Assembly (NCBI RefSeq): GCF_009834535.1
Contig: NC_045696.1
Coordinates: forward strand, 91,328,001 to 91,392,000
Direction: 5' to 3'
From: Camelus ferus
Taxonomy: Eukaryota
Length of the DNA stretch: 64,000 bases
Part shown: piece after piece, positions 13,550 through 26,129 of the stretch
How the letters are laid out: each line of letters begins with the position of its first letter
Numbering within the stretch: the stretch's first letter is position 1
The notes under the pieces: generated by a model
The model's database searches: none
The model's input: the letters and a program-made list of their open reading frames with translations, nothing else
Told to the model about the DNA's origin: nothing
Position numbers and translations under genes: made by a program

Positions 13550-16500
13550 GTATGGCTGTCTTCTTTCCTGTCCTTTTGTTCAGCAAAAACAAAAGCTAAT
13601 TAAAGCAAATGTCAGAAGCTGCAATAAGGCAAAGGGTGGGCTGCAGGAGTCGGGCAGAGAAACTTCCAGGGGCTGGTTGATTATGCAGATAAAGTGCATT
13701 TGGGAATTATGTGTCTAGCCATGTATGCGTGCTTTTCAGTTATTATGGTAAAAAAGAAAAGCCACCTCTCTGTGGGTTATTAAAACATGTCTCTAGGCCT
13801 CAGGAGCAGAAAACTGTGCTTCTAGATTCGCAGTGTGTGCATTTTTTGTTTCACACCATCAGAGTCTAGGCTTGTTTCTATTTCATACTTTTGTTTACCT
13901 CAGGAAGTATTTTGCAACCAGCAAAGAAACTGGCTCTGTCTATGATTTCCAAAGAAAATTCAGTAGCATCATAACAGTCACTGGGTTGGACAGTCACCGT
14001 TATTGTTTGTGGTTGCTGTCATTTTTTCCCTTTGATAGTTCAGTTACCTTGCAAATCATAACTGAATCTAGCCACTTTTTTGTTTTTTCAAATACATATT
14101 TAAGTTGTCATATAATCAACCACTGGATTCCATGACTTTCATATATGTTTTCAATTTAAAGATTAGAAAAAGTATTCAGGGCATTATTTGAATTTGTCAT
14201 GCAGTTGTTTAAAATGTGGAATTTAAATGTAAATAAAGATACATTTAACACTGAATTTTCCTTGTAATTCACAAGTTTGGCTGTTTTCTGGAAAAACAAA
14301 CCCACAGAATTTGAATGTTTTGGTGAGATTTGTATCAATTTTGGAGTAGATATGTATTGCAAGGTCAAAATTGACAAATATGACAGATCACAAATTCTTG
14401 GTTTAGAAAGTGTTAAGACTTGAAGATGTTTCCCTCATTCCTGATGAAGAGAAATGTTTCCTATCTTTTTATGTTTTAGTAAGTTGCAATACATATTTAA
14501 AATTAAGTTGATTTTTTGAGTTCTTGCCTAAACAGATCACCAAACCTATTTTTGGTATGTGCTTATGATAATAAGCCTGCTACAAACTTAAACTACATGA
14601 GTTCTAACAAAAACACCAGGGGCTGAGTCCTTTAGCATCATTTGGAATAACCCAGCCTCGGAGGCTTTCAGTAGAAGTGAAGTGTAGCAACATATCACAG
14701 CAGAGGAAGCTGAGAGACAAGAGACGCCCAGGAAACAATAGGCATCTTGTGGGAAGTTCGGCTGAAATGTATGCAGCCCATTCCCATGGGAACGCCTGTA
14801 GTTCTTTCACACTGTGTGAAAAAGATGCTCCCTGAAAAGGATCTTTAATCCTTTTTTTCAAGGGAAAATCTGAGAACTTCATTGAAAGTTTCTAGAACCC
14901 AAATGAGTCTAGGTTAGTCAGCAGGCATTTTAAACACAGGTGAATAAAATGAGAATTTTGTGATGCACAGTAGTGTTATCCAAAGTATAATGTAAATAAA
15001 CTTTGTAATTCTAGAATTTTCTGAAGTGAAGAAACCATAGAATATCCGAACCTGGAGTTGGAGGCTAGAGGCTAATTTCTTCAGAACACATTGGCTTCCT
15101 GAGTTAGTTACGTTTATTGAAATCCCTCCAAAGTACTTTAGTTTTTTTTCCACAGGTGATACCCCAATAGTTGGGCGATTAAATCCTCTGGTTCATGTAT
15201 GTGTGTTTTCATTTAGCAGACTCTATAGATGCATAACATAGTCAACCAGCAATGACTTACTAGCTCCCATTCAGTGTGGGTCACCTTGAAAAGTCATAAA
15301 GAACTTTTCCCTCTGGTGCCCTGGAGGGAATAATACACTCCCTCCTCACTAATAAACATTAGAGTGAGCACTAAGCTTAAGTAGAAAACTCAGGTATTTG
15401 GATTACCTGGCCACAAAAAGTCTGAGATACATTGTATTTCAGTCCATTTCCACTCTGTAAAAAAAAAATTCTGTTACTGTTTAGCCATGGTGGGGGTAGC
15501 ATCATGGTAAGGCTATCTCTTTAGGCAACAAGATAAGTTTGCCAAGAAATCAATAGGGATACATACAAGATAGTGCAAGAACAACCGAGATTTAAGATTG
15601 GGGAAGAGTACAACTAGGATATAAATATGACACAAACTGAAAAGACCTAGGCATCTTTAACTCTGTGAACTCAGTGTTAGTGAGCAGTACAGTCATGTGT
15701 TAGCACTTAAAAGGTATGGCAGGGGGATGTGTCAACAGGAGAATGACCTATAAGGATAATGGTGTTATTAAGGGTATGATTCCTGTCACTCCTTGTGTGG
15801 TGCTGTATGGCAGGTCTGTGTTAAATGCTTCACAAAATCTCTTTAAACCTCCCAACAACCTGTATCACAATCCTCAGGTGCAAATAAGGAACCTGAGGTG
15901 CAGGGAGGTTAATTAATCTGCCCTGGTTTACACTGCAGGTAACAGCATAGCTGAGCCCAGATGTGTCCAGGGTCCCACACTCTTACCAATCCACTCTTCT
16001 TACTAGATTCCCATATGGTGTCCAATTCTGGACACTAAACTCCTTTAAAAACAAAAGGAAATTGAATAAAAACTAGTGATAAGAACCATGAATAATGAAT
16101 AGAGAGAGGATGAAGAGGGAAGACCAAAGAAACATAGTCTATTCCATTAAACAGGGATAGAATACTTCATATTCTACTTCATCAGTATCTATAAGCCGGA
16201 AAATTACTAATGAAAGAATACACCTATTCATGGATGACTGGGTTCTGTTTTTATGAAGGAAACTCTTCAAGGGGATAGTTCTCCATATGTGGACAGTGTA
16301 AAAACACAATTGATCACCGAGTGTTGAGGAAGATTTATGAGGCCATTCTCCTGGTGCATATGACCTGGTTCAGTGGCAGGTGTGTAGCCACTCCGAGCAC
16401 ACACCTTTGTGGGGTAGCACCCCTGGGGAGACACAGTGTCCACATCTTAGTGATGATCATGCAGATGAATTTAGCTTGTGCATTTTGCCAGCAGATAGGT

Positions 16501-17199
16501 TTGATGGGATGGGCAGACCTATTATAGGAACAGACAAGTACGAGATAGAGAATAATACAGTTTAAAACATTTTTTTTAATGCATCATCATCTTTTGAAAC
16601 AGTAAGGAAGGGTTTCAGTACTTTTTCTTCTCTGGAGTGTCACTAGATGAAGCGGGATAAACATTTTCTCTAAGTATTGCTGCGATATTTAAAGTACCAA
16701 TCTGATATGTCTGGTCCAAGTGGATTTCTACGAAGAGCCTCCCAGCAACTAAAGTGGAAAAGCAGAGGGTATGCATCTTTGTTGAGTGTGTTCCGTTTAT
16801 TAGCAACTTTCTGAATTCTGAAACTTTCAACGACAGTAACGTAGAGGCAGAGCAAGAGGATGACTTCTGCAGGAGCTGTGTCTCTTCCCGGACAAACGGT
16901 CCGTTCCAAAGTCTCGCGAGGGCGAGACAAGTGTTAATTAAGCAGCAAATCTCCTCCCTTCCAGGGGTTGAGAAATGGCTCCCAGCAGCCGCCCCCGTTC
17001 ACCTTCACCGGCTCGAGTTCCTATCGAAACCTTGTTCTCTGCGTGCCTTCCCCCTACCCCCTCTATTCTTCTCAGGGAAGGTATAGAGTTCCCTGAACAC
17101 AGGGAGTTTTGTTTTCTCTGTTAAAAACAACTCCACTCTACCAGGGCAGGCTTTCTGTCTCACCTCAGGAAACAGAGCGTTTCGCTCAGAGGTAACTCT

Positions 17200-17560
17200 C
17201 CACGGGGTGAGGTGCAGCGTCACCTGACCGGCTCCGGAGCCGCCGGTGGCATCAGGCTGCATTCCTTGCATTCTTCCAGCCGGCACGGCCATGAACAACT
17301 TCAGGTTCACTGCGCTGAGTGGATTCCGCTGGCCGTGTCCCCGGAGTCCGCCGGCGCAGCCCGCGCCCCCCGCCCCGGCCCGCTCAGGCCCGCCGGGCAG
17401 GGCCGCGCGCCACGGAGGAGCTCGCAGGTAACGCGCTCGGGGGACGGCGCGCCGGGGCTCCCGAAAGTGTCGCGCGAGGCAGGCTCCTTCCTCCTCTTGT
17501 GGTGGCCGTTTCTCCCACAGAAACCCGACCTGACAAGCCACGCCTGCTTAAAAAAATACA
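17200..17560 (+). promoter_or_regulatory. VEPH1: CpG island: probable VEPH1 promoter and non-coding first exon (donor after 17427)
   Basis: The only strongly GC/CpG-rich segment in an AT-rich window, about 3.8 kb upstream of the first coding exon. GC box ccccgcccc at 17368-17376; donor CGCAG|GTAACG at 17427/17428. The TSS cannot be determined from sequence. Confidence 0.8.
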
Positions 17561-18199
17561 GACTTAATGTTGAGAACCTGGGCTTCAAGATTAGGGAAGG
17601 AAGTGAGGAGGGCCCACGGTGGGAGTAGGAAGGAATTTTATTAGCCAGTTTTTGTCCCACAGTAAGTACGAGATTGAGAGGCTGACCTACTCGGATGCGA
17701 ATCTTGTTTCTGTGTGTAACCTCGGCCCGGTATTTAACCTCACCAGTCCTGTTTCCTCTTTGGTAATGATATCTGCCTGCAGGGTTGATGGGAGAACTGA
17801 GAGAAAAAAGTATCTAGTGAGGCACTTGGTGCATAGGAGGCGGCAGAGTGTGTGTATTCATGTGTGTGTACGGCGGGTGCATATGCACACATACATATAG
17901 GCCACAGGTCTGTGATATTCATAAGTGTAGGGAAAGTTTTGGAAGATGAGGTCGAATTTGATCTGGCTCTGACCTTCTCTGCTGTTGCAGAGAGAGCCGC
18001 AGGAGAAGCCAGACACCAGAGCTACTGAAAAATAAATAACGTGCCTTGCAGATCCTTATCCAGGAGAGGGCAGCCTGGATATGGATGCAGGACACTCTCT
18101 AAATGAGGACTGATGGGAAGGGAGGCCGCTCAGTAATTACCACACATGGTCAGATATACAGCTGCACACAGCCTTGAGAGGGCTTTGTCCTGGGAGGCC

Positions 18200-18580
18200 A
18201 ACTGCTTTCAATCCTGACTCTGCAACCTACTCTCCAGGTCCACCTGGGCTGGTTGTTTTCCTCTCTGAACATCAGTTTCTCATCGCATGGAATTGTCATG
18301 AGAATTAAATGACTCATTATTTGGGAAGCTCTCAGAATATTGCCTGATGCATGGTACACACCCACTAACCATCAGCTTGGGGTGTCATTATTTTATGAAG
18401 TGCTCTTTTATGTATTATCTGCTTTGATCTCCAACAAAACAACCTGATGAGATTGATGAGGTGTGCATTAGCTCTGTTTCGCAGATGAAGAAACTGAGGT
18501 TTGGGGAAGAAAAGAGCATGAACCAAAGGTCCCACAACTGCTAAGTGGCCGAGCTGGAACTTGAATCCAGGTCCCTAGAC
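18200..18580. mobile_element. Two adjacent MIRs in opposite orientation
   Basis: tcagtttctcatc...attgtcatgagaattaaatga on one strand and gcagatgaagaaactgagg on the other. Confidence 0.65.
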
Positions 18581-19599
18581 AAGCAGGTGACTTAGTATGT
18601 ACTCAGCACACATGCACTGAATGAAATCTATTCTAAAAGTTCTCGCTAAACACCGTTTCTTCCACAAAGCCATTCCTTGTCATCTTCTCCTTGGAGAGAT
18701 CAGTCTCCCCCTTGTTCTTCCCCAAACTTCTTTTTATAGTACCTAGGAGACTTTTCTCTGGGTCATCCTTGTATTGTAGAATGTTTGGGACAAGTCTCCT
18801 CTCTCCCTTTCCCACCTCTGAGTGTGTGAAAGTCTTCTTGTACAGCTGTGTGTTGAACAATAATGTTACATGCAATATACACGCAAGGGTAACAGCTGAA
18901 GTTGGAAGTATGAATGTGGGGCTCCACACCAGGTGTCACTGCAAGTGTGGAAAGAAAAGAAGGAACCCAGGAGAAGCCTGTGGGTGCTCCTCTCCCCCAG
19001 CACATATTTCTGCTGCTTCTCAGAGCTCTGGTTCTGCTATGTCTGGGGCAGCTGAATCTGCTTCCGGAAGTACCAGATGCTGACCAACAAGCTGACTGGT
19101 CAAGGGGAAGTCATTTCCATCCAGTGTCTTACCTTCCTGAATATAATTTCACAGAGACTCTGTCACTGCAAGTGGTTGAAGCTAGGGGGTGGGGGGAGTA
19201 TGTGCTAAGGGGAGAACTCAGGAAAACACCACTTTAATTTTTCTTATAGATACTGTAATTCACCCTTCCACATTCACCAGGGCACAGAGTACTTTGTAGG
19301 ACCTTCACTCTCCTCTCTCCCCATCCCCTGAAACCTTCCCCATCACTCTTCTTTTCTCGTCCTGGAAGCCTCTCTTCCTCGTGACTCCCCTGCTTTCTTG
19401 TTGGCCTAAATCCCAGGGCATAGATGAACAAGGATGCAGTGTCAGTGTCGGAGGGAAGAATTCAATTTCTTGCTTTATGATCCTACTCATTTCTTCATCC
19501 TCAAATGTTAATAATGCTCTGAGGGGCTTTACTCCTGACAGTAACCTCATGTGGAGCCTTACATGTCCTCATCAGTCCATAGTGCTTATGAGCGGGAGC

Positions 19600-19770
19600 C
19601 TAGCACTGGAGTCTCTGGGTCCAAATCCCAGCTCTCCAGTTTACTAGCTATGTGCCTTGAACAAGTTATTTTACGCCTTGGGTTCCTCACCTGTAAAATA
19701 AGAATGAAATATCCTCAGACAGTTGTTATGAGGATTGAATGAGTTAATGTTTGCAAAACCTCCAGTGTTT
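19600..19770 (+). mobile_element. MIR SINE
   Basis: ctgggtccaaatcccagctct...ttcctcacctgtaaaat...gttgttatgaggattgaatgag. Confidence 0.7.
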
Positions 19771-21191
19771 CCATGTAGACAAGCAGGTGGAAGTCTCGGG
19801 CAACATTTTTCCAAAGCTCGTAGATAGCGCAAATGTCGCGTGTGGGCACTACTACTCCTGAAATCCCTTCACTGGCCTATGAATTGCACCATTTGAAATA
19901 CTCCTGATAGCTTCTTTGGTTAAGTATCTGATGAAAAATTTGGCTTGTGTTTAGAGAGCATATCGTATGGGGGAGTATGTATCTTTGAACTTTAAAATTG
20001 CCTTCAGCACAGAGAGGTGCTCCCACAGTGAGAGCTCAGGGGGAGGTCCGGGATGCCCAGAGGAGCGGCAGACTCCCTTTTCACACTACTTCTGGGGAAC
20101 ACGTTCAGAGTGGGCAGAACAGCCTAACAGCTTATGTTACGTAAATCACCCTCGGCTCTCACTCTCTGAACACATGGCTGCGTTGTTAAGTCACCTGTAT
20201 GTCTGAGGCGACTCCACTCTAATGTAAACTTTGGGGGAACCCACTGGTCTGAGATTAGAAGAACAGCACTGTCACAGCTACCATGGGGCCTCGGAGAAGT
20301 TATGAAACCTCCCTGACCATGAAATGATTGCTAAGGTCTCTACCAGTGCAAATGGTCTGTGGTTTTATTAGGCCCAGAAGGGAGTTGATGAGAATAATCA
20401 ATTGTTTAATTGGTGCCATGGCCTTACTCTCTGTGGGCTGTTAATTGAGTAAGAAGTACGATGGGACTTTAATTTCACCTGTGGGAGTAGAGGGCGGCTT
20501 GCCCAATCCCAAAGCCCTTCCTCTTTAGCCTTCTTTGCAATAAATCTCACCTTCAAGCTCCATGTTCAAGTTTAAGTTGAGATTTATCTAGCCTCAGACT
20601 CCTAGGCAGAGTTCTTTATTGCATTGTCACTCGTTTAGAGAGTACATCAGAATAGGGCAAGTATTGAGGTTATCTTCTAGACTGAGGGGCCAGGAAGCTT
20701 CTGTTGTCAGTGTAGCAAAGAAGCCCAGCCAAGAAGGTAAGCGCTGGTTTCCGCATCCAGGAAACCGGCAGTGGGTGAAAAAGGCGTTTCTTGTGTTCTC
20801 TCTTCCTTTCATTGCCCTTCTCTGTTTGGTTTCCATGGGAATCTGTTTGGGGGAAATCTGGCAAGTATTGGGCATATTTGTTGCTGGTCCACTTGTTTCC
20901 TTGTGGCAGATAGAGAAGGAGAGGATATAGAAACGACATAAAAAGGAGAAAAGTGGGGAATTTAAGCTGATTTTTAAGGCTCAAATTAAATTCTGGAGAA
21001 ATCTAATCATTTTTGACAGGACATCTTGAGACAAAAATGAGGAAAGAATTCTTTTGAAGATCATCAAGCCAGAATCTGTTGCTCCATGCACGTTTTCAAA
21101 TGTCTTTTTTCCCCTCTCTCTCTGCTGGGCACTACGTTCACATTCTGCCATTCTGTTAATGGCTGTTTTGTGTCATTTGTTTCTCTTGCAG

Positions 21192-21348
21192 AGAGTGTCA
21201 AAGAAAACCTCAAAGTCTGGAGAAAAATGACTTTTCAAGGAATACAAAGTCGATGTCCTGCTATGTGTTTTTGTCTCACTAACTTCTGGTAACTGAGACG
21301 CATGGCCTTGGGCCTGCAGACAGTCCATTGATTAGCAGACTCCTCATC
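21192..21348 (+). other. VEPH1: VEPH1 5' UTR portion of the first coding exon
   Basis: Pyrimidine tract and acceptor tttgtttctcttgcag ending at 21191, 157 nt upstream of the ATG. Confidence 0.75.
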
Positions 21349-21486
21349 ATGCATCAGCTATTCAGACTGGTCTTGGGACAAAAAGATCTTTCACGAGCCG
21401 GCGACCTCTTCTCCTTAGATGACTCTGAGATTGAAGACAGCCTGACAGAAGCTTTGGAGCAAATTAAAATAATAAGCTCATCATCA
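21349..21486 (+). CDS. VEPH1: VEPH1 first coding exon (coding part, aa 1-46)
   Basis: ATG at 21349 (ctcatcATGc) translates [46 protein letters not shown], recognised as the VEPH1/Melted N-terminus. Ends at donor TCA|GTAAGT, phase 0. Confidence 0.96.
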
Positions 21487-24400
21487 GTAAGTAAACTAGT
21501 TTTTTAGACTAGACCCCGAAATGACCTATTCTGGAGCCAAATGATGGTACATATCCTGGGGAAAAGCGTCATTGCAGGGGCAAGAGGAAAGACCACTAAC
21601 ACTGATCTCTCTTAACTCTGTTCTGTGGTTGAGTTGGCATCTAAGAAATAACACCAGGGATGTTAGTGACTTGGGGGGCAGCCCTTTTGCCCATTCACAG
21701 AGACTAGAACTCTGAAAATTGCAGACCAAAGTGAAATCCTCCCAAAGGCTGTCTAAAGTTTGTTTCTACATCCTGGAGATGACATGGAGAGGAGAGGGAG
21801 CAAATCTGGGGGAAAGCAGACCCACCAAGCTGCACAACAGCATCTGTAAACAAAGCAGGGTGTGCAGTGGAGGCTGAATAATGAAAGAAGGCAAGATGAC
21901 ACCTCCCGCCAGGCAGGTAATACAAGACAAGGACAACCATCACTCTGCTGCTAGAACTGACAGTTGCCCAGGGCTTAATAACGCTGATTCTGTTTGCTTC
22001 TATATAGTCTCCTTTTTAAAAATTTCTTTCCTTTTCTCCTTTTCCTACACCCCACCCCCATTCAGTTCAACTCACCTGTTATTAGCCCCTGGTATGATCA
22101 GACAAATTTAAAATGTCCATCAACCCTCCTGTTCCTTTGCTTCTCCTCAATATCAAGATTATATATCCTGAAAGCACTTCCCAAAAAGAGTGGGTGTGGA
22201 GTGTCCTGTGTGGTTTGATGTTGACTTCGGTCTTGCTTGAGCCTTCCTGAGATTGGTCCCATTTCAGAGGCCAAGGCCACCAAGCATCCTCTCACATCCT
22301 CCCAGGTCAATAGTGTTTGCCAGCACTTGGCACAAACACTCACCTGGCAGAGGAAAGAGACAGGGCTCAAGCCATTTTCTGAACAGCAAATATGTGCATA
22401 TTTCAGAGATAACAGCTTTCTTCCATGTCATAATCAAGAGATGTTTAAAAGCATAATAGCAACCCGTGCAGCTTCCTCCTCAAACCTGTCAGCATGTTCT
22501 CTTGTTGGCTGCCATTCACATGCCAAGTCCCCCTAGTGACCAGTGAAGTCACTGCCCAAACACTCTTCTTTTCTCAGGTAATGTCTTACGTGTCCAGAAC
22601 GTTAATCAACTTAGTCTGACTTAAAAAAAAAAAAAAAAAAAAGTATTCCTGGTACATTTCCATTTTCTGGGTAGGATTTGTGTGCTATTTCCAGCAGCCC
22701 CTTCCTTCACACTCCTCTTGAAATAAATTGACTGAATATGCTACTGATTTCATATAATCTAATACAAAATATATCTACATCTATATCTGTATCTGTATCT
22801 ATAGTTCCCTAAAGTCTGTTTCCACTAGAGGTCACTAGTGTCAGTGATTTCTTTTGTTTCCTTCATCAATTGCTTTGTCTCAGAGTGCCAGATTCAGGAT
22901 TTTAGGACTGATGAGTTCTATTATGTGTCTCTACTTTTAACCATTAAGCCAGGTATGTCCTTTGTCATCAGGAGCATTGTCCATTCTTTAAGCCTTCTGA
23001 TCAGCATCCCACCAGACCAGCAGGTCTGGAGAGCCAGTGGTTCTCCCATGTTGTTCATTTGCTAACTTCTATTACATCCCACTTCTTCCATTCTCTATCT
23101 GTAGCTGAGGCATAGAGGAAATGGGCAGCAGAATAAAAGGAATCGTTTTTTAGAGAAATCATGCAGCTCAATCCAGGTTTTAAACACAGGGATCATGTAG
23201 ATTAATCTAGTTTTTAAATTTGCTAATCAGTCCCCCAAACATGTGTGGCATTCCTTCTCCCCTTCCCTTCCTTTAAAAGCCAGTTCAAGTTTCTTTATTC
23301 CTGAAATTATTTCTCGTGGTTCTAGTTCTTAGTGATTACTTCTTTTTAAAAAATTTAATTGCCCTTTTGCATTAGGTGCTGTCCTTGGAGAAAGTTACCT
23401 GTTCATATGTCCTCAGGTGCAGTCTCTTCATGAGGGAATTCCAGACCTTTGTTTTCCACCTTCACGTCTCTCTCTAAGCTTCAGCCTCATACTAATTAAT
23501 ATTCATCACCTCAAACTCAATATATCTAAATTAGAAATTATCATCTTTCTTCCAGCTACACTATCATTTTCCTAGATCTCTTAAGTTTGAAACCTGGGGT
23601 CATTCTTGACCTCTTTCTCTCACTCACTCCTTTCTCCTATAAGCTCTGTAGGCACTGCCTGAGAAATGCCTCTTCACTTTGCTCCTTCTGGTCCCTTCCT
23701 GCTGCTATCACCTTGACTTAGGCTCTCCAACCAATTGGTCTCCCTGCCTTTGCCTTGCCTTTCTCTAGTTCAGTCTACTAACAATTACCAGCTTAAACTT
23801 CTTAAGCCAGATTTTATTACATGTCTCCCCATTGTTATCAAAACCTTTTCCTGATGCCTCAGTTCTCATGACATTCAGTGACCAATACCAGTGCTTAGTC
23901 CACTGAACCACTGTACTTACCCTTTGGCTCACTTTCCTGTTAGCTGCATCCATCCTTCGCTTATAACCAGGACCAGGTAAATATTCCTTCTCAAGCCTTT
24001 CCTAGTGACCCTGGATCTCAGCAATCAGTTTCACTTCTCAGTTCCTCCTTAGAAACATAGAACTGGAAGGGACCTTCTAAGTCATCTTTTCCAACTTCCT
24101 TTCAGCACAGAAATCCCTTCTTTAAGATTTCTGACAAGTAGGTGGCCTCTCCTGTACTTGCAATGATGAGGACATAGTAGGTTTCTGATATTTTTTCCCT
24201 GCTCCTCAGTTTTCCTTGGATAAGTTCCCCCTTTCCATTGCTTGAAGCTTTCCTTGATCGGTCCTTGAGTCAAGGTTCCCTACCTTGCCCCTGCCAGTGA
24301 GAGGGGAAGGCGGGAGTGGGGACACTTGACCCAAGCTATACCAATCAGAATTTCTTTCCTATTAATTCTAGGAAAGAAATCAGCCAAGGGTGATTTACCA

Positions 24401-25840
24401 TTGATGATGGCGTCCCAAAGAGGCAGTGCTTTGGTTTCTGCCCATCTATCACAACAGCTGCCTGGGTCATTGTCTTTCTAAGGCCAGGTACTTCAGTTTT
24501 TCCTTCAAATTTGTGAGCTGCCTCATATCTTTTAATTATTTTATTTGTTTGTTTATTTATTTTGCTACAGTTATCCAGACTTTTTCTGTTACTTATGACC
24601 AAAGACTCCCAACCGACAAAGTGATAGCTGTTTCACTGTTGGAAGTTCAGATTGTTAGTGTGTTCCTCCTTTCGGCCAAATGAAATCTCACTCTTTGTAT
24701 TTTCCATCTATTATTCTTTGTTCTGTTCTCTGCCCCCAACAATCAAACCTCTATTCCTACAAGAACTTTAAACATATGCAGATAGATAGGTATCAGTTCT
24801 CAACTCTGGCTTCTTTCTTTCTAGCTGAATATCCTTAGTGTCTTTATGTCTTTCCATGACAAAGAAGGGGCCTATAGCCAGGAAAGGTTACACCAACTCA
24901 TGTTTCCAAGTCTCAGGTCTGGAAACTCAATTTTGTCAGTACATGAGAAATATTATTTAAATCATGCTATCAGAAGTATAAAATAGAATGCTGACTGATT
25001 GATTTACAATGAAAATTATAACATGTCTGTCAGAATTCTTGTGTGTTCCATGCTGTTCTCCCAATGTCTCTTTACTCAGTCTTTCTCTAGACAAGGAATA
25101 TTATTGATTAAGCTCCTTCCACCTCTATTATAGTCACATTTTAGCCCTACCTCCCTGAGATTGTATTTAACTGACCTGTCAAGTCACTCATGTAGAGACA
25201 GTGTCTGGAGTTTTAGCTCCATAGCTGGCTAATCCCAATCATACAAGTGGATTTTTTTGCTTGTTTAATCCTTAAAGGGCAATCTTGTTTCCATATTCTT
25301 AGAGGATGCCTCATTGTAGCCACCAAGTATTGCCTACATTCTCAGCATTCTGGTTACCCTCCCCGGAATCTTTTAAATTTATGATTGTAATTTATCATTG
25401 CCTAGTACTTGAACTAATTGCTTGGAACAATTGCTGATACTAGTCAGATACTCTGTTTCTAAAATTTCTTTTCAATAGTGACATCACACATTTGGCCACA
25501 TTTATCCTGTCATGTGCCAAGATCCTCAAGTTAAATCAAGAATTGTAATCAGATAACTTGAAAAAAAATTAAAGTGTATCATGTCACATTTTAAGCCACT
25601 GAAATAATATTCTTATCTTCAGGCTCTCATTCCAGGATATCCATACCTTTTAAAAACCATGATTCTGTCCAATATATTAGTTACTCCCAGCTTGGTAGAA
25701 TCTGAAAATTCAGTAAGCAAGCCTCTAACCCTTCCCTCAAAGTCACTCACAAAACAACTGCTCTGTAGTCCATGCCCTCTTTTTCTATCAGTTACTCCAA
25801 AACAGAGCTGGAAAATATTTCATCCTTATGATGAAATTCA

Positions 25841-25889
25841 AATTTTGGAATTCATCAGCCTTGAGACTGGATGGGATCATCGAGGGAGT
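25841..25889 (+). repeat. 49-bp direct repeat, copy 1 (copy 2 at 28477-28525)
   Basis: aattttggaattcatcagccttgagactgg[a/g]tgggatcatcgagggagt; 48/49 identical. Confidence 0.9.
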
Positions 25890-26129
25890 TTAGGCTTGGT
25901 TTGAAAAGGTGACTTCTTACTCAAAAGTCTAAGTTCTCAAATATGCTTTAAGTTTTGTCTTTTCCTTTCTAGTCCTTCCTGGACTACCCTTACCTAATAC
26001 TCATTTCTTCTACTACCTCGGCTTTCCTCCCAGACTCCTCAGGTGGGATTGTCTCCCTATCCACTTAGCTTCTTCTCACACTCCCAACTCCACCTTTCCC
26101 ATGGTGCTCACCCATGCTCAATCCAATGT

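Noticed and set aside
17005..17660. Overlapping 117-178 aa ORFs on both strands
   Set aside because: Expected from stop-codon scarcity in a CpG island; low-complexity Arg/Gly/Ala/Pro content and no recognisable domain.
18633..19237. Cluster of 80-130 aa ORFs
   Set aside because: Intronic, mutually overlapping, no recognisable domain and no consistent splice structure.
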